A DNA stretch of 64,000 nt from Felis catus (Eukaryota), in the NCBI RefSeq assembly GCF_018350175.1, contig NC_058369.1, positions 19,842,001 through 19,906,000 of the forward strand. The letters are read 5' to 3'. Positions within the stretch are counted from its first letter, which is position 1. Each line of letters opens with the position of its first letter. Of the stretch, positions 14,001-26,019 are shown in pieces. The translations under genes were made by a program, and so were the position numbers. Below the pieces are notes generated by a model. It saw nothing but the letters and a program-made list of their open reading frames with translations. It did no database searches and was not told the origin of the DNA.

Positions 14001-14430
14001 AACAGCAATTTAATTACTTAAATGCCTTTAAGTGGTAACTAATAGTTTGAACAAAAATATTAACAGCATTTTGTGGGGTTTATAAGCTATGTGTAAGTAA
14101 ATGAATAGCAATAGTATTATAAAGGCTGGGAGGGGAGAAATTGAGGTGTACTATTATACTTTTGTAAGGTTTTATACTTTCATGAAGTGGTATAATACCA
14201 CTTGAAGGTGGATGGTGATAAGTTAAAGAGTGTGCTACAAAGCCTAAAGCAACCACTAAAATAACAATGTGAAGAGTTATGACTAATAAGCCAATAAAGA
14301 AGATAAAATGAAATCATAAATATTTCCCAATTAATCCAGAAATAGGTGGAAGAAGAGGAAAGGAGAATCATAGAATAGATGGGAAAAATATAAAACAAAT
14401 AGCAAGATGGTAGATTTATACCACAATGAT

Positions 14431-14564
14431 ATTAATAATCATACTAAATGTAAATGGTCTAAACACTTGATTTAAATGGGAGAGGTTAGATTTATACGAC
14501 AACTATATTAATAATAATACTAAATGTATATGGTCTAAACACTCAATTTAAATGGGAGAGGTTA
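14431..14564. repeat. ~58-bp direct duplication within old L1
   Basis: attaataat(c/a)atactaaatgta(a/t)atggtctaaacac...tttaaatgggagaggtta occurs twice, ~76 bp apart. Confidence 0.8.
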
Positions 14565-14628
14565 AATGGCCTAAGCACGCCAGTGAAAAGATGGAGATTG
14601 TAAAATTAGATTAAAAAAAGAAAGCCCA

Positions 14629-14830
14629 GGGGCACTTAGGTGTCTCAGTCAGTTATGCGTTCAACTTTTGATTTTGACTCATGTCTTGATCTCACAGTTT
14701 GTGAGTTCTGGCCTCCCCTTAGGCTCTGTGCTGACTCACAGAGCCTGCTTGTGATTCTCTCTCTCCCTCTCTCTCTCTGCCCTTCCCCCACTCACTCACT
14801 CTCTATCTCAAAATAAATAAACTTTAAAAA
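14629..14830 (+). mobile_element. CanSINE
   Basis: ggggcacttaggtgtctcagtcagtt...(CT)n...aaaataaataaac. Confidence 0.9.
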
Positions 14831-15579
14831 AGAATATGCAGTCAACAAAATCTGGATCGTGGGAAACTGTAAATAGGATGAATAAGGTCCTTAAATAGAT
14901 AGATTTTAAGGAAATGAAGGGACTGTGATAGAGTAAGAATCTATAGGTTAGGAGAGACTTAAAAGACATCAAAGTTTTTTAGATGGGCAAGATTAAACTA
15001 TAATGTGTATGAATGTACACATGGGTGTTAAAACTAGAAAAAACATAAAGGAACTGATTACTATAAATGTTAGAATAATGAATAGTTTTGGTGGGAGAGA
15101 TAAGGGCTGTGGTTGGGTGAATGTCTGGGGTGGTAGCATAGTTCTGCTTCTTGACCTGGGAGGTGTTCACCTTATAATAATTCATTAAGTCATACATTTG
15201 ATTTGTGTGGTTTTCTGTATTTGTGTTTTAGTTTAGAATAAAAATGTTTTTTAAAAACTTATAAGAACAGCTGAAAACAGAGTGGATATAGCCAAAGAAT
15301 AAATTAGAAATCTGCAAATTAATATCAAGGAAAATCACTTGCAACACCCAACAAAAATACATATAAAAATTATGAGAGAATTATTTGAAAATACAGAGGA
15401 CATTCAGGGGATCCAATATCTGCTTAGTATGAAATAAAATTGAAAATAGCTAGAAATAGTAGAAAAGCTAATTCCTGTGCTGTATACTATGGACTGAAAG
15501 GCCCCCCCTGAATGTCAAAGTAACTATATCTGTCCATCCATTCATCCATCCACATCCATCTGTAAACATAAATGTAGAC

Positions 15580-15892
15580 ACACATATCTACATATACATA
15601 TGTGTACAGGTCTTAAATATACATATAGATAATATCACATGTGTGTGTGTATATATACATATATGTATATATATGTGTATATACATATATACACGTGTAT
15701 ATGCATATACACGTGTATATACATATATACATATATGTATACATATATACGTATATATATATACGTATATATATGTATACATATATGTATATATACATAT
15801 ATATACATATATACACGTGTATATGCATATACACGTGTATATATATGTGTATGTGTATATATATATACATGTATATATGCGTATATACGTAT
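15580..15892. repeat. complex alternating purine-pyrimidine (TA/TG/CA) microsatellite with nested palindromes
   Basis: tatacacgtgtatatgcatatacacgtgtata occurs twice; central tacgtatatatatatacgta. Confidence 0.95.
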
Positions 15893-16114
15893 AGTTTTGT
15901 TTTTAAGTTTATTTATAAATGTTTATTTTAGAAGAGAGAGTGTGCACGTGTGTGGGGGAGGGGCAGAGAGAGGGAGAGAGAGAAACTCAAGCAGGCTCTA
16001 TGCTGTCAGTGCAGCATAGAGCCTGTTGTGGAGCTCAATCTCATGAACTGTGAGATCATAACCCGAGTTGAAATCAAGAGTCAGACACTTAACCAACTGA
16101 ACCAGCCAGGTGCC
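15893..16114 (-). mobile_element. CanSINE
   Basis: ggggagggcagagagagggagagagag...gagatcataacc...cttaaccaactgaaccagccaggtgcc. Confidence 0.9.
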
Positions 16115-16117
16115 ACA

Positions 16118-16354
16118 GTTTATTTATTTATTATGAGGGAGGGAGGGAGGGAGGGAGGGAAAGAGAGAGAGAGAGAGAGAGAAAGAAAGAATATCAAGAG
16201 AGAGAGAGAGAGAGAGAGAAAGAAAGAATATCACAAGCAAGTTCTGCCCTGTCAGTGCAGAGCCTGACACTGGGCTTGATCCTATGAACTACAAGATCAT
16301 GACCTCAGGTGAATCGATAGTTGGACACTTAACTGACTGAGCCATCAGGTACCC
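16118..16354 (-). mobile_element. CanSINE with expanded purine tract, tandem with the previous copy
   Basis: (GGGA)n(GA)n followed by cagagcctgacactgggcttgatcc...cttaactgactgagccatcaggtacc. Confidence 0.88.
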
Positions 16355-16597
16355 ACATTATATATATTTTTATGACACTTTTTTTCACTTTTGTACTCCT
16401 AAATTGTCAGAATATTTACTTACCTGGTTATTTTAAAAATCTTAAATATAAACTTGTGTTTTCTCAATCACTAAAATTTCAAACTGAATGTATAGTTCTG
16501 TGTCATCATATGGAACATGTTAATATATTGGACATATGCTCTTAACTTTTAATTACTATTAATAGCCCTTAGTGAACATTTTGTATACTAATTTTTA

Positions 16598-16802
16598 AAA
16601 AAATTTTTGATGTTTATTTTTGAGAGAGAGACAGAGTACAAGCAGGGGAAGGGCAGAGAGAACAGGAGACACAGAATCTGAAGCAGGCTCCAGGCTCTGA
16701 GCTGTCAGCACAGAGCCTGATGAGGGGGTCAAACCCACAGACTGCAAGATTATGACCTGAGCCAAAGTTGGACGCTCAACTGCTGAGCCATCCAGGTGCC
16801 CC
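16598..16802 (-). mobile_element. CanSINE
   Basis: TSD ttgtatactaattttta at 16581-16597 and 16803-16819. Confidence 0.95.
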
Positions 16803-17739
16803 TTGTATACTAATTTTTAGCTATATCTTCAGTTGTCCTTTTAAGTAGATTTGTTGAAGAGGAATTTTTGCTTTTCAACAAAAATTTTTTCATTTATACT
16901 CTTACCAATATATTAGATGATCTGGTTTTCCTCCCACATCCTCACTGATATTAAATATTAATATTTTTTGTTTTCCATTTAATAGATGAAAAGGTCTCTG
17001 ATGATTTTAACAGGGGCATCATTGAAATATTTTTACTTGGTTCTGATTGTATAGCTTATCACATTCATAGACTTTTGAGAGGATGTATTTATTTGTTGCA
17101 TACATTGTATTTATTACCCATTTAAAATGACAACTCTGCTTATAGTCAGTTTAACAAATATATATTAAATACCTACTGTGATTTGCCAGGCATTGTACTT
17201 GGAACCAGAACATATAAAAATGATTAAGACAGGTTACTGAACCTAGAAACCTCTATAATACTTAAGGTAAGCATTTTCCCACTATGAATGTATTTTCAGA
17301 GGCTTTGAAAAACAGAATATTTTAAATTTATTTAGTAAACCAGGAATGTATTGTTTCCATAACATACCCATCTGTTCCTCTTCTAATGTTTTTTGTTAAT
17401 CTTTTTTTTAATAACATTTTTTATACTATGCCAGTGTGGCATGTTTTTATCCTCTTTGCAGCCTATCTTATGCTTACCTTTACTAAATATCTACGTATAT
17501 TTGTTTTTACTCCTCGCTTTCCAAATATTTGGACTCTGAACCTTGAGCATACTTACTTGAATAGCATTAGTCTGAATCAGTCTGTCATATTCAACCAGTA
17601 TTCACTGACACCCTACCATATGTGCAGACCTTCCCTATATTAGGACCTGGGAATAAAAAGGTAAATGGCCTATGATCTTTACCCTAAAGAGTGGTGAAAG
17701 AAATAGATGAATAAATTGATTAAAAAAAACTAGGCAAGT

Positions 17740-18560
17740 TGAAAACTATGTCCACACAGAAACCTGTACATGGGTGTTTATAGAAACTTGGAAGCAACAA
17801 ATGTGTCCTTCAATAGCTGAATGGGTTAATGGACTGTGGTACAGCTTGTGGTAAGCATAACATAACGTATGGACTTGTCAAATCACTTTATTGTACACCT
17901 GAAATTAACATTGTATTGTCAACTATACTCAAAAAAATTTTAATGAAAATAATATGTATTAATACTGAAAAATCTTCAGTAGGCCAAAATAAAAATGTAG
18001 AATCCTAAACAAACAAACTGTGGTACAGACATGGAATATTATTCAGCACTAATAAGAAATCGACTATCAAGCCATGAAAAGACCGGGAAGAGCTGTAAGT
18101 GCATATTACTAAAGTAGTGAGAAAAGCTAATATGAAAACACTATATACTGAGTGATTCCAACTATATGACATTATACAAAAGGGCAATGTATGGAGACAG
18201 TAAAAAGATCAACAGTTGTTAGTGGTTTGGGGAGAGGGAGAGATGAATAGACAGAGCACAGAGGATTTTAGGACAGTGAAACTATGATACTATAATGATG
18301 GATACATGTCGCTATACATTTATCCAAATCCGTAAAACATACAAAACCAAGAGTGAACCCTTATTTAAACTATGACTTTGAATGATAATGATGTGTAAAT
18401 GTAGGACCATCAGTTGTAACAAATGTATCACTCTGGTAGGGGCTTTGATAATGGGGGAGGCTATGCATGTGTGGAGGAAGGAAATACATGGGAAATTTCT
18501 GCACTTTCTTCCTAATTTTGCTGTGAAGCTAAAACTGTTATTAAAAAGTCTTTGTTTAAA
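17740..18560 (+). mobile_element. old L1M 3' end with a short nested L1 3' tip (~17850-18010)
   Basis: tatgtccacacagaaacctgtacatgggtgtttatag; actgtggtaca duplicated around the inner piece; gattccaactatatgacatt. Confidence 0.7.
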
Positions 18561-18751
18561 AAACTATGTAAGTACAGACTTAACAATCTAGTGTAAAACC
18601 CAAATATTATGTCCATTAATTCCTTCTTATCATAAACCCCTTTAATCCTCATGTTTGATTTAGTCTGTGATATGTATCTCAAGAATGATTACGTATTCAA
18701 CTGTGAAGATGAGTGTGGCTACTGTAGATGCCACGTTCAGTATGCAAATGT

Positions 18752-18955
18752 GGGGTGCCTGGGTAGCTAGCTCAGTCAGTTAAGCGTCTGACTTTGGCTC
18801 AAGTCATGATCTCACAGTTCATTAGTTTGAGCCCTTCGTCCAGCTCTCTGTTGTCAGCACAAAGCTTGTTTCAGATCCTCTGTCTCCCTCTCTCTCTTTC
18901 CCTTCTCCTCCTGTGTGTGTGCTCTTTCACAAAAATAAATAAGCATTAAAAAATA
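18752..18955 (+). mobile_element. CanSINE
   Basis: ggggtgcctgggtagct...aaaataaataagcattaaaa; TSD tatgcaaat. Confidence 0.9.
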
Positions 18956-18973
18956 TATATGCAAATATGACTA

Positions 18974-18977
<4 letters not shown>

Positions 18978-19023
<46 letters not shown>
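18978..19023. repeat. (CA)n microsatellite
   Basis: perfect CA run. Confidence 0.97.
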
Positions 19024-19024
<1 letters not shown>

Positions 19025-19555
19025 ATACTCTGTCCTCACCCAGTTGCACAATGACATGATCTTAGTACAGTCTTTCTTAGGCTGGTTCTCATTGTTACTA
19101 GAAAATCTTTTGGGATTTCAAAATGAACCTATTAACAGTTTGCATTGCTTTCCCAAATGTTTTGAATATCATATTCTTTTGGGTTTTCTCTCTTGAGATT
19201 ATGCTAGATCTGTTCTTTCTGTCTTACATCTGGCGTGTTTTATATTTTAAAAGACTAGCATTAAAAATATTTATGAGAAGCATATTAAATTAGATAGCAT
19301 AAAAACAGTATACATTTACGTTGAACTCTGTATGTCATCAATCTAAGCTCAGGCTTATATCTTTACAAGAAAGGGTCTGATGGAAGGATCCTAAAGTTGT
19401 TCAAGCATGGTTCTTTGCTTTGTGGGAAAAAGTATCATTTATAGGAATAACACACTGTGGGATCCTAAAGTGCTGGAGCCTGGAAACTCATTGCTTAGCA
19501 ACCACATACTAACTCTGTCTATTCTTCAGGCAACATTCTCTAATTTTCAATCTAT

Positions 19556-19895
19556 TCTTTTTCTTTTATTTTCTTTTTTGAGTATAGTTGACACACAATG
19601 TTATATTAGTTTAAGGTGTACAACATAGTGATTGAACAACTCTACCTATACCTTATGCTGTGCTCACCCCAAGTGTAGCTACCATCTGTCACCATATAAG
19701 GCTATTACAGTACCATATATTCCCTATGCAGTGCCATTTATTTCCATGACTTATTCATTCTATAACTGGAGGCATGTTGTATCTCCCATTCCCCATCACC
19801 TATTTTGCCTCTCCCCCCAGCCTCCTTCCCTCTGGCAACCATCAGTTTGTTTTCTGTATTTATAGGTCTGATTCTGCTTTTTTGTTTATTCTCCA
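19556..19895 (-). mobile_element. truncated L1 3' end (carnivore type)
   Basis: agtatagttgacacacaatgttatattag...ctctggcaaccatcagtttgttttctgtatttatagg. Confidence 0.85.
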
Positions 19896-20322
19896 GTCCA
19901 CTTCGAATGGTGTTTGGTGTTTCATCTTTTTCAGCTATAGACATTTTAATGTTTTAGCAAAGACTGCTTCTTTTCTTTGTGATTACTTCCCATAAGGGCC
20001 ATATGTCAGGGATGTATGCATTCTTAATTGCTTTTGTTTCCTTATAGTCTCTTTATCACAATGCTGATTTTCTGCTATTGAACACACATTGGTGGGATTG
20101 ATATATTCATAAGAAGTGTTTTCTTTTTACATTGATTAATATTCAGAAATTATATTTATAAAAATATATAAATTTATTATCTTGATCTTTTAAAATTTAG
20201 TTTAATGTATTAATACAGGTAAATAGTAGTTATCTTTTTAAATTACCATGTATTGATTATTTGCCTAATCTAACTTAATCATTACAACCATTGGTGAGGA
20301 GATACAATTATTATTCCATTTT

Positions 20323-20553
20323 TTTTTTTTTTTTTTTTTTTAATTTTTTTCAACGTTTATTTATTTTTGGGACAGAGAGAGACAGACCATGAACGGGCGA
20401 GGGGCAGAGAGAGAGGGAGACACAGAATCGGAAACAGGCTCCAGGCTCTGAGCCATCAGCCCAGAGCCTGACGCGGGGCTCGAACTCACGGACCGCGAGA
20501 TCATGACCTGGCTGAAGTCGGACGCTTAACCGACTGCGCCACCCAGGCGCCCC
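20323..20553 (-). mobile_element. young feline CanSINE (SINEC_Fc-like), CpG-rich
   Basis: long T tail, gacgcggggctcgaactcacggaccgcgagatc...gactgcgccacccaggcgcccc; TSD ttattattccatttt at 20308-20322 and 20554-20568. Confidence 0.97.
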
Positions 20554-21137
20554 TTATTATTCCATTTTATATAGGAGGTTACTGAGGCATAAATGTTAGA
20601 TAACCTGTTAAAGGTCACCTTTGATCACTAACACTTTAGTGGCTTATTACAGGTACTTAAAATTTTTTTTTGTTACTGAAATATGGTTGACGTACAATGT
20701 TACATTAGTTTCAGGTCTACCACATGGTGACTTGATAGTTCTATACATTACATAGTGCTCACCACAGTAAGTGTAGTTACCATCTGTCAACATGCAACAT
20801 TTTTACAACATTATTAATTATTTTCCCTCTGCTGTACTTTTCATCCCTTATTTATTTTATAACTGGAAGTTTGTACGTCTTGATCCTCGTCACCTTTTTT
20901 ACTCATCCCCTCTCCCACCTCTTCCCCTCTGGCAACTACTAGTTTGTTCTCTGTATGACTTTGTTTCTGTTTTTTGTTTGATTGTTTTGTTTTTCAGATT
21001 TCACATATAAGTGAAATCAGATGGTATTTTTCTTTTACTCACTTCACTTAGTGTAATATACTCTAGTTGTATCTGTGTTGTCACACATGGCAAGATCTCA
21101 TTGTTTCTTATGGCTAAGTAATAATACACTTCGTGTA

Positions 21138-21169
<32 letters not shown>

Positions 21170-21558
21170 CATGTGTGTATATATACACATATGTATATAT
21201 ACACCACATATTCTTTATTTATCTATTGATGGACACTAGCATTCATTCCATAACTTGGCTATTCGTGAACAATGCTGCAATAAATGTAGGGGTGTGTATA
21301 TCTTTTAGATGAAGTATTTACATTTCTTTTGGGTAAATATCTCATAGTGGAATTATTAGGTCATGTGGTATTTCTACTTTTAATTTTTTGAGGAACCTCC
21401 ATACTATTTTCCATAGTGACTATACCAGTTTACATTTCCACCATTATTACATGAGGGTTCCCTTTTCTCCACATCCTTGCCAATGCTTATTATTCCTTTA
21501 GTCTTTCTGATACTAGCCATTCTGACAGGTATGAGGTGATATCTCATTGTGGGTTTTT

Positions 21559-22443
21559 TATTGTAGTTTCAAGTTTTTATTTAAATTCTAGTTGTTAACA
21601 TACATTGTAATATTAGTTTCAGGTTTACAATTCAGTGATTCATCACCTATATACAATATCCAGTGCTCATCACAGCATGTGTCCTCCTTAACATTCATCA
21701 CCCATTTAACCCATTACCCTGCCCACCTCCCCTCCAGCAATCCTCAGTTTTGTTCTCTATACTTCAGAGTCTGTTTTATGGTTTGCCTCTCTCTTTTCTT
21801 CCCCCCGTGTTCATCTGTTTTGTTTCTTAAATTTCACCTGTGTGAAGTCATATGGTATTTGTGTTGCTCTGACTTATTTTACTTAGTGTAAAATACTCTC
21901 TAGCTCCATCTACATCAATGCAAATGGCAAGGTTTCATTTTTTTTTTTAATTTTTTTTTCAACATTTATTTATTTTTGGGACAGAGAGAGACAGAGCATG
22001 AACGGGGGAGGGGCAGAGAGAGAGGGAGACACAGAATCGGAAACAGGCTCCAGGCTCTGAGCCGTTAGCCCAGAGCCTGACGCGGGGCTCGAACCCACGG
22101 ACCGCGAGATCGCGACCTGGCCCAAGTCGGACGCCCAACCGACCGCGCCACCCAGGCGCCCCGGTTTCATTCTTTTTGATGGCTGAGTAATATTCCATTG
22201 TATCTATCTATCTATATATAGTTATATATATATGTATATATATATACATATATATATGTATATATATATACTGTATCTTTGTCAATTCATCAATACGTGA
22301 ACATTTGGGTTCTTTGCATAATTTGGATATTGTTGATAATGGTTCTATAAACATCAAGGTGCATGTGCCCCTTCAAATCCATATTTTTGTATCCTCTGGG
22401 TAAACGCCTAGTAGTGCAAATGCTGGATCATAGAGTGTGTGTG

Positions 22444-22534
<91 letters not shown>

Positions 22535-23190
22535 AACTTTTTGAAGAATTTCCATACTGTTTTCCAGAGTGGCCGCTCCAGTTTGTATTCCCACCAGCAG
22601 TGTAAGAGCATTCCCCTTCTCCACATCCTCACTAACATCTGTTGTTTCTTGTGTTGTTAATTTTGGCTGTTAACCAGTCATTCTGACAGGTGTGAGGTGG
22701 TATTTCATTGTGGTTTTGATTTGTATTTCCCTGATGATGAGTGATGCTGAGCATCTTTTCATGTGTCTGTTAACCATCTGGATGTCTTTAGAAAAATGTT
22801 CATTTCTTCTGCCCATTTTTAAACTGGATTATTTAGTTTTTTGGGTGTTGGGTTTGCTAAGTTTTTTTTATAGATTTTGAATACTAACCTTTTATCACAT
22901 ATGTCATTTGCAAACATCTCCTCCCATTCTGTAGGTTGCCTTTTAGTTTTGTTGATTGTTTCCTTTGCTGTGCAGAACCTTTTTATTTTGATGAGGTCCT
23001 AATAGTTCATTTTTGCCTTTGTTTCCTTTGCCTCAGGAGATGTATCTAGAAAGAAGTTGCTACAGCCAATGTCAAATAGGTTACTGCCTGTGTTCTCCTG
23101 TAGGATTTGGATGGTTTCCTGTCTCACATTTAGGCTTTTAATTCATTTTTAATTTTTTTATGTGTGTATGGTGTGAGAAAGTGGTCCAGT
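21559..23190 (-). mobile_element. nested 5'-truncated L1 (3'UTR + ORF2 C-terminus) with (TA)n expansions
   Basis: antisense ORF2 motifs; (TA)n at 22200-22270 and 22436-22518. Confidence 0.85.
21940..22162 (-). mobile_element. young feline CanSINE (SINEC_Fc-like)
   Basis: CpG-rich SINE body; TSD ggtttcatt at 21931-21939 and 22163-22171. Confidence 0.97.
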
Positions 23191-23330
23191 TTCATTGTGG
23201 TTTTGATTGGCATTTCCCTGATGTTTAGTGATGTTGAACAGCTCTTCATGTGTTCTTTGGCTATCTGTATGTCCATTTAGGTCCTCTGCCCATTTTAAAT
23301 AGATTATTTGTTTTTATGGTGTTGAGTGAG

Positions 23331-23553
23331 TTTGAAATTTTTGCATACAACCCACAGTTAGAAATACATTTTATATTGCAACCCAATACACACATATAAA
23401 TAAATGTATGTGTGTGTCTACCAAAATGTATGCAGACACAGCCAAAGATACACTGAAACAAGTATAAAGTAATAAATCAAATATAAAGTAATGAAACAAT
23501 ACTTATTCTATACAGTGTACTCTATTATGTCATTTCTGGTTTAATTAATTTTT

Positions 23554-23589
<36 letters not shown>

Positions 23590-23685
23590 TTTTTCTGTTT
23601 TATTCCAAAGCAGTTCCTGATCCCAGCCCTCTAGATTTTTATGACTTATTAATAGGATGCAATCCACAGTGTAAAGAGTACTGGT
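23331..23685. mobile_element. hAT/Charlie-like DNA transposon remnant (tentative)
   Basis: aacccacagttagaaatacattttatattgcaaccc...aataggatgcaatccacagtgtaaagagtactg resembles old hAT MITE ends. Confidence 0.35.
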
Positions 23686-23987
23686 TTAGAAAGTACTATT
23701 AATTATATTATTTAATTTCAGTAAAAACCTTTGACAGGTAAAAAGAAACGTGGCTTTGGAGGAAAAATATTTCCTTAAGGCCACATAGCAAATACATTAT
23801 GAATCCAACATTTATAACTTTGCCTAAGTCCCACCCATGTTCTTATTTTTCTTCCTTTCTACCCACTATCTCCAGCTGAAGGAGAAATCATTTTAAGGGA
23901 AAATAACAAGCTATTGTATTGTGGCTTATTTGTGCAAGAATACACCAGGAAAATACTTAGAGTCTTACATTTAAAATTAATTTTCAT

Positions 23988-24145
23988 GGGGAGCTTGGGT
24001 GGCTCAGTCAGTTGAACATCTGACTCTTGATTTTGGCTCAGGTCATGGCCTCACAATCATGGGATTGAGCCCCATGTTGGGCTCCATACTGAGAGTGGAG
24101 TCTGCTTGGGATTCTCTCTCTCCCTTTCTCTCAAAATAAATAAAC
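23988..24145 (+). mobile_element. CanSINE whose tail is split by a full-length L1 (remainder at 30176-30181)
   Basis: SINE head gggggagcttgggtggctcagtcag; SINE TSD aaaattaattttcatg at 23973-23988 and 30182-30197. Confidence 0.93.
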
Positions 24146-25075
24146 AGGAGGGTTTGCAAGATAGCGGCTTAGGAGGACGCTGGGCTCACCGCACGTCCTG
24201 CTGATCACTTAGATTCCACCTATACCTGCCTAAATAACCCAGAAAACCCCCAGAGGATTAGCAGAACGGAGTCGCCGGAGCCAAACGCAGACGAGAGGCC
24301 CACGGAAGAGGGTAGGAAGGGCAGCGAGGCGGTGCGCGCTCCACGGACAGGGGGGAGGGAGCCGGGGCGGAGGGGTGGCTCGCCGGCCAAGCAGAGCCCC
24401 CGAGTCTGGCTTGCAAAAGCGGAGGGGCCTGACGGACTGTGCTCCCACAACAAGCGCGACTTAGCGTCTGGGAGGTCATAAGTTAACAGCTCTGCTCAGA
24501 AAGCGGGAAGGCTGGAGGACAAAGGGAGGGAGAGCTGCTGAGCCCCCTGACAACAGAGCTCAGTTTGGTGGGGAACAAAGGCGCTCGCCAGCGCCATCTC
24601 CCCCGCCCATCCCCCAGCCAAAATCCCAAAGAGAACCGGTTCCTGCCAGGGAACTCGCTCACTCCGTGCAAACACCCAACTCTGTGCTTCTGCGGAGCCA
24701 AACCTCCGGCAGCGGATCTGACTCCCTCCCGCTGCCACAGGGCCCCTCCTGAAGTGGATCACCTAAGGAGAAGCAAGCTAAGCCTGCCCCTCCTGCCCCT
24801 GTGCACCTTGCCTACCCACCCCAGCTAATACGCCAGATCCCCAGCATCACAAGCCTGGCAGTGTGCAAGTAGCCCAGACGGGCCACACCACCCCACAGTG
24901 AATCCCGCCCCTAGGAGAGGGGAAGAGAAGGCACACACCAGTCTGACTGTGGCCCCAGCGGTGGGCTGGGGGCAGACATCAGGTCTGACTGCGGCCCCGC
25001 CCACCAACTCCAGTTATACACCACAGCACAGGGGAAGTGCCCTGCAGGTCCTCACCACGCCAGGGACTATCCAAA
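24146..25075 (+). promoter_or_regulatory. L1 5'UTR internal promoter (CpG-rich); YY1-like core mutated to AAGATAGCGG
   Basis: CpG-dense segment; other L1 5' ends in the window read AAGATGG(C/T)GG. Confidence 0.8.
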
Positions 25076-25969
25076 ATGACCAAGCGGAAGAATTCCCCTC
25101 AGAAGAATCTCCAGGAAATAACAACAGCTAATGAGCTGATCAAAAAGGATTCAAATAATATAATAGAAAGTGAATTTAGAATAATAGTCATAAAATTAAT
25201 CGCTGGGCTTGAAAACAGTATAGAGGACAGCAGAGAATCTCTTGCTACAGAGATCAAGGGACTAAGGAACAGTCACGAGGAGCTGAAAAACGCTTTAAAC
25301 GAAATGCATAACAAAATGGAAACCACCACAGCTCGGCTTAAAGAGGCAGAGGAGAGAATAGGTGAACTAGAAGATAAAGTTATGGAAAAAGAGGAAGCTG
25401 AGAAAAAGAGAGATAAGAAAATCCAGGAGTATGAGGGGAAAATTAGAGAACTAAGTGATACACTAAAAAGAAATAATATACGCATAATTGGTATCCCAGA
25501 GGAGGAAGAGAGACAGAAAGGTGCTGAAGGGGTACTTGAAGAAATAATAGCCGAGAACTTCCCTGAACTGGGGAAGGAAAAAGGCATTGAAATCCAAGAG
25601 GCACAGAGAACTCCCTTCAGACGTAACTTGAATCGATCTTCTGCACGACATATCATAGTGAAACTGGCAAAATACAAGGATAAAGAGAAAATTCTGAAAG
25701 CAGCAAGGGGTAAACGTGCCCTCACATATAAAGGGAGACCTATAAGACTCGTGACTGATCTCTCTTTTGAAACTTGGCAGGCCAGAAAGAATTGGCACGA
25801 GATTTTCAGGGTGCTAGACAGAAAAAATATGCAGCCGAGAATCCTTTATCCAGCAAGTCTGTCATTTAGAATAGAAGGAGAGATAAAGGTCTTCCCAAAC
25901 AAACAAAAACTGAAGGAATTTGTCACCACTAAACCAGCCCTACAAGAGATCCTAAGGGGGACCCTGTGA
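25076..25969 (+). CDS. ORF1: L1 ORF1p (coiled-coil/RRM/CTD RNA-binding protein), intact, 297 aa
   Basis: ATG at 25076 (MTKRKNSPQK); RRM-region KRNNIRIIGIPE; C-terminal PRILYPASLSF..KLKEFVTTKPALQEIL. Confidence 0.93.
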   Translation: MTKRKNSPQKNLQEITTANELIKKDSNNIIESEFRIIVIKLIAGLENSIEDSRESLATEIKGLRNSHEELKNALNEMHNKMETTTARLKEAEERIGELEDKVMEKEEAEKKRDKKIQEYEGKIRELSDTLKRNNIRIIGIPEEEERQKGAEGVLEEIIAENFPELGKEKGIEIQEAQRTPFRRNLNRSSARHIIVKLAKYKDKEKILKAARGKRALTYKGRPIRLVTDLSFETWQARKNWHEIFRVLDRKNMQPRILYPASLSFRIEGEIKVFPNKQKLKEFVTTKPALQEILRGTL

Positions 25970-26019
25970 GACAAAGTCCCAGAGACATCACTACAAGCAT
26001 AAAACATACAGACATCACA

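Larger units (their letters stand above)
12905..15250 (+). mobile_element. ancient L1M remnants (ORF2 piece, 5'/ORF1-like region, 3'-end-like piece)
   Basis: A-rich decayed L1 motifs (atgaccaagagtttatctcagaaatacaa; gaatttctagagatgaaaa; ctaaatgtaaatggtctaaacac). Confidence 0.55.
20662..23330 (-). mobile_element. truncated L1 3' portion hosting a second L1 (21559-23190)
   Basis: two successive L1 3'UTRs; host sequence resumes after duplicated tcattgtgg(g)tttt at ~21544 and ~23192. Confidence 0.85.

Noticed and set aside
15588..16019. Multiple Y/I/C/H-rich ORFs on both strands
   Set aside because: Translations of a stop-free TA/TG/CA microsatellite.
20323..20553. tRNA genes in SINE heads
   Set aside because: A/B-box tRNA-like heads belong to CanSINEs with (CT)n, tails and TSDs.
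24220..25007. Antisense 5'UTR ORFs as an ORF0 analogue
   Set aside because: GC-rich sequence gives overlapping short ORFs in all frames, many with non-ATG starts; nothing singles one out.
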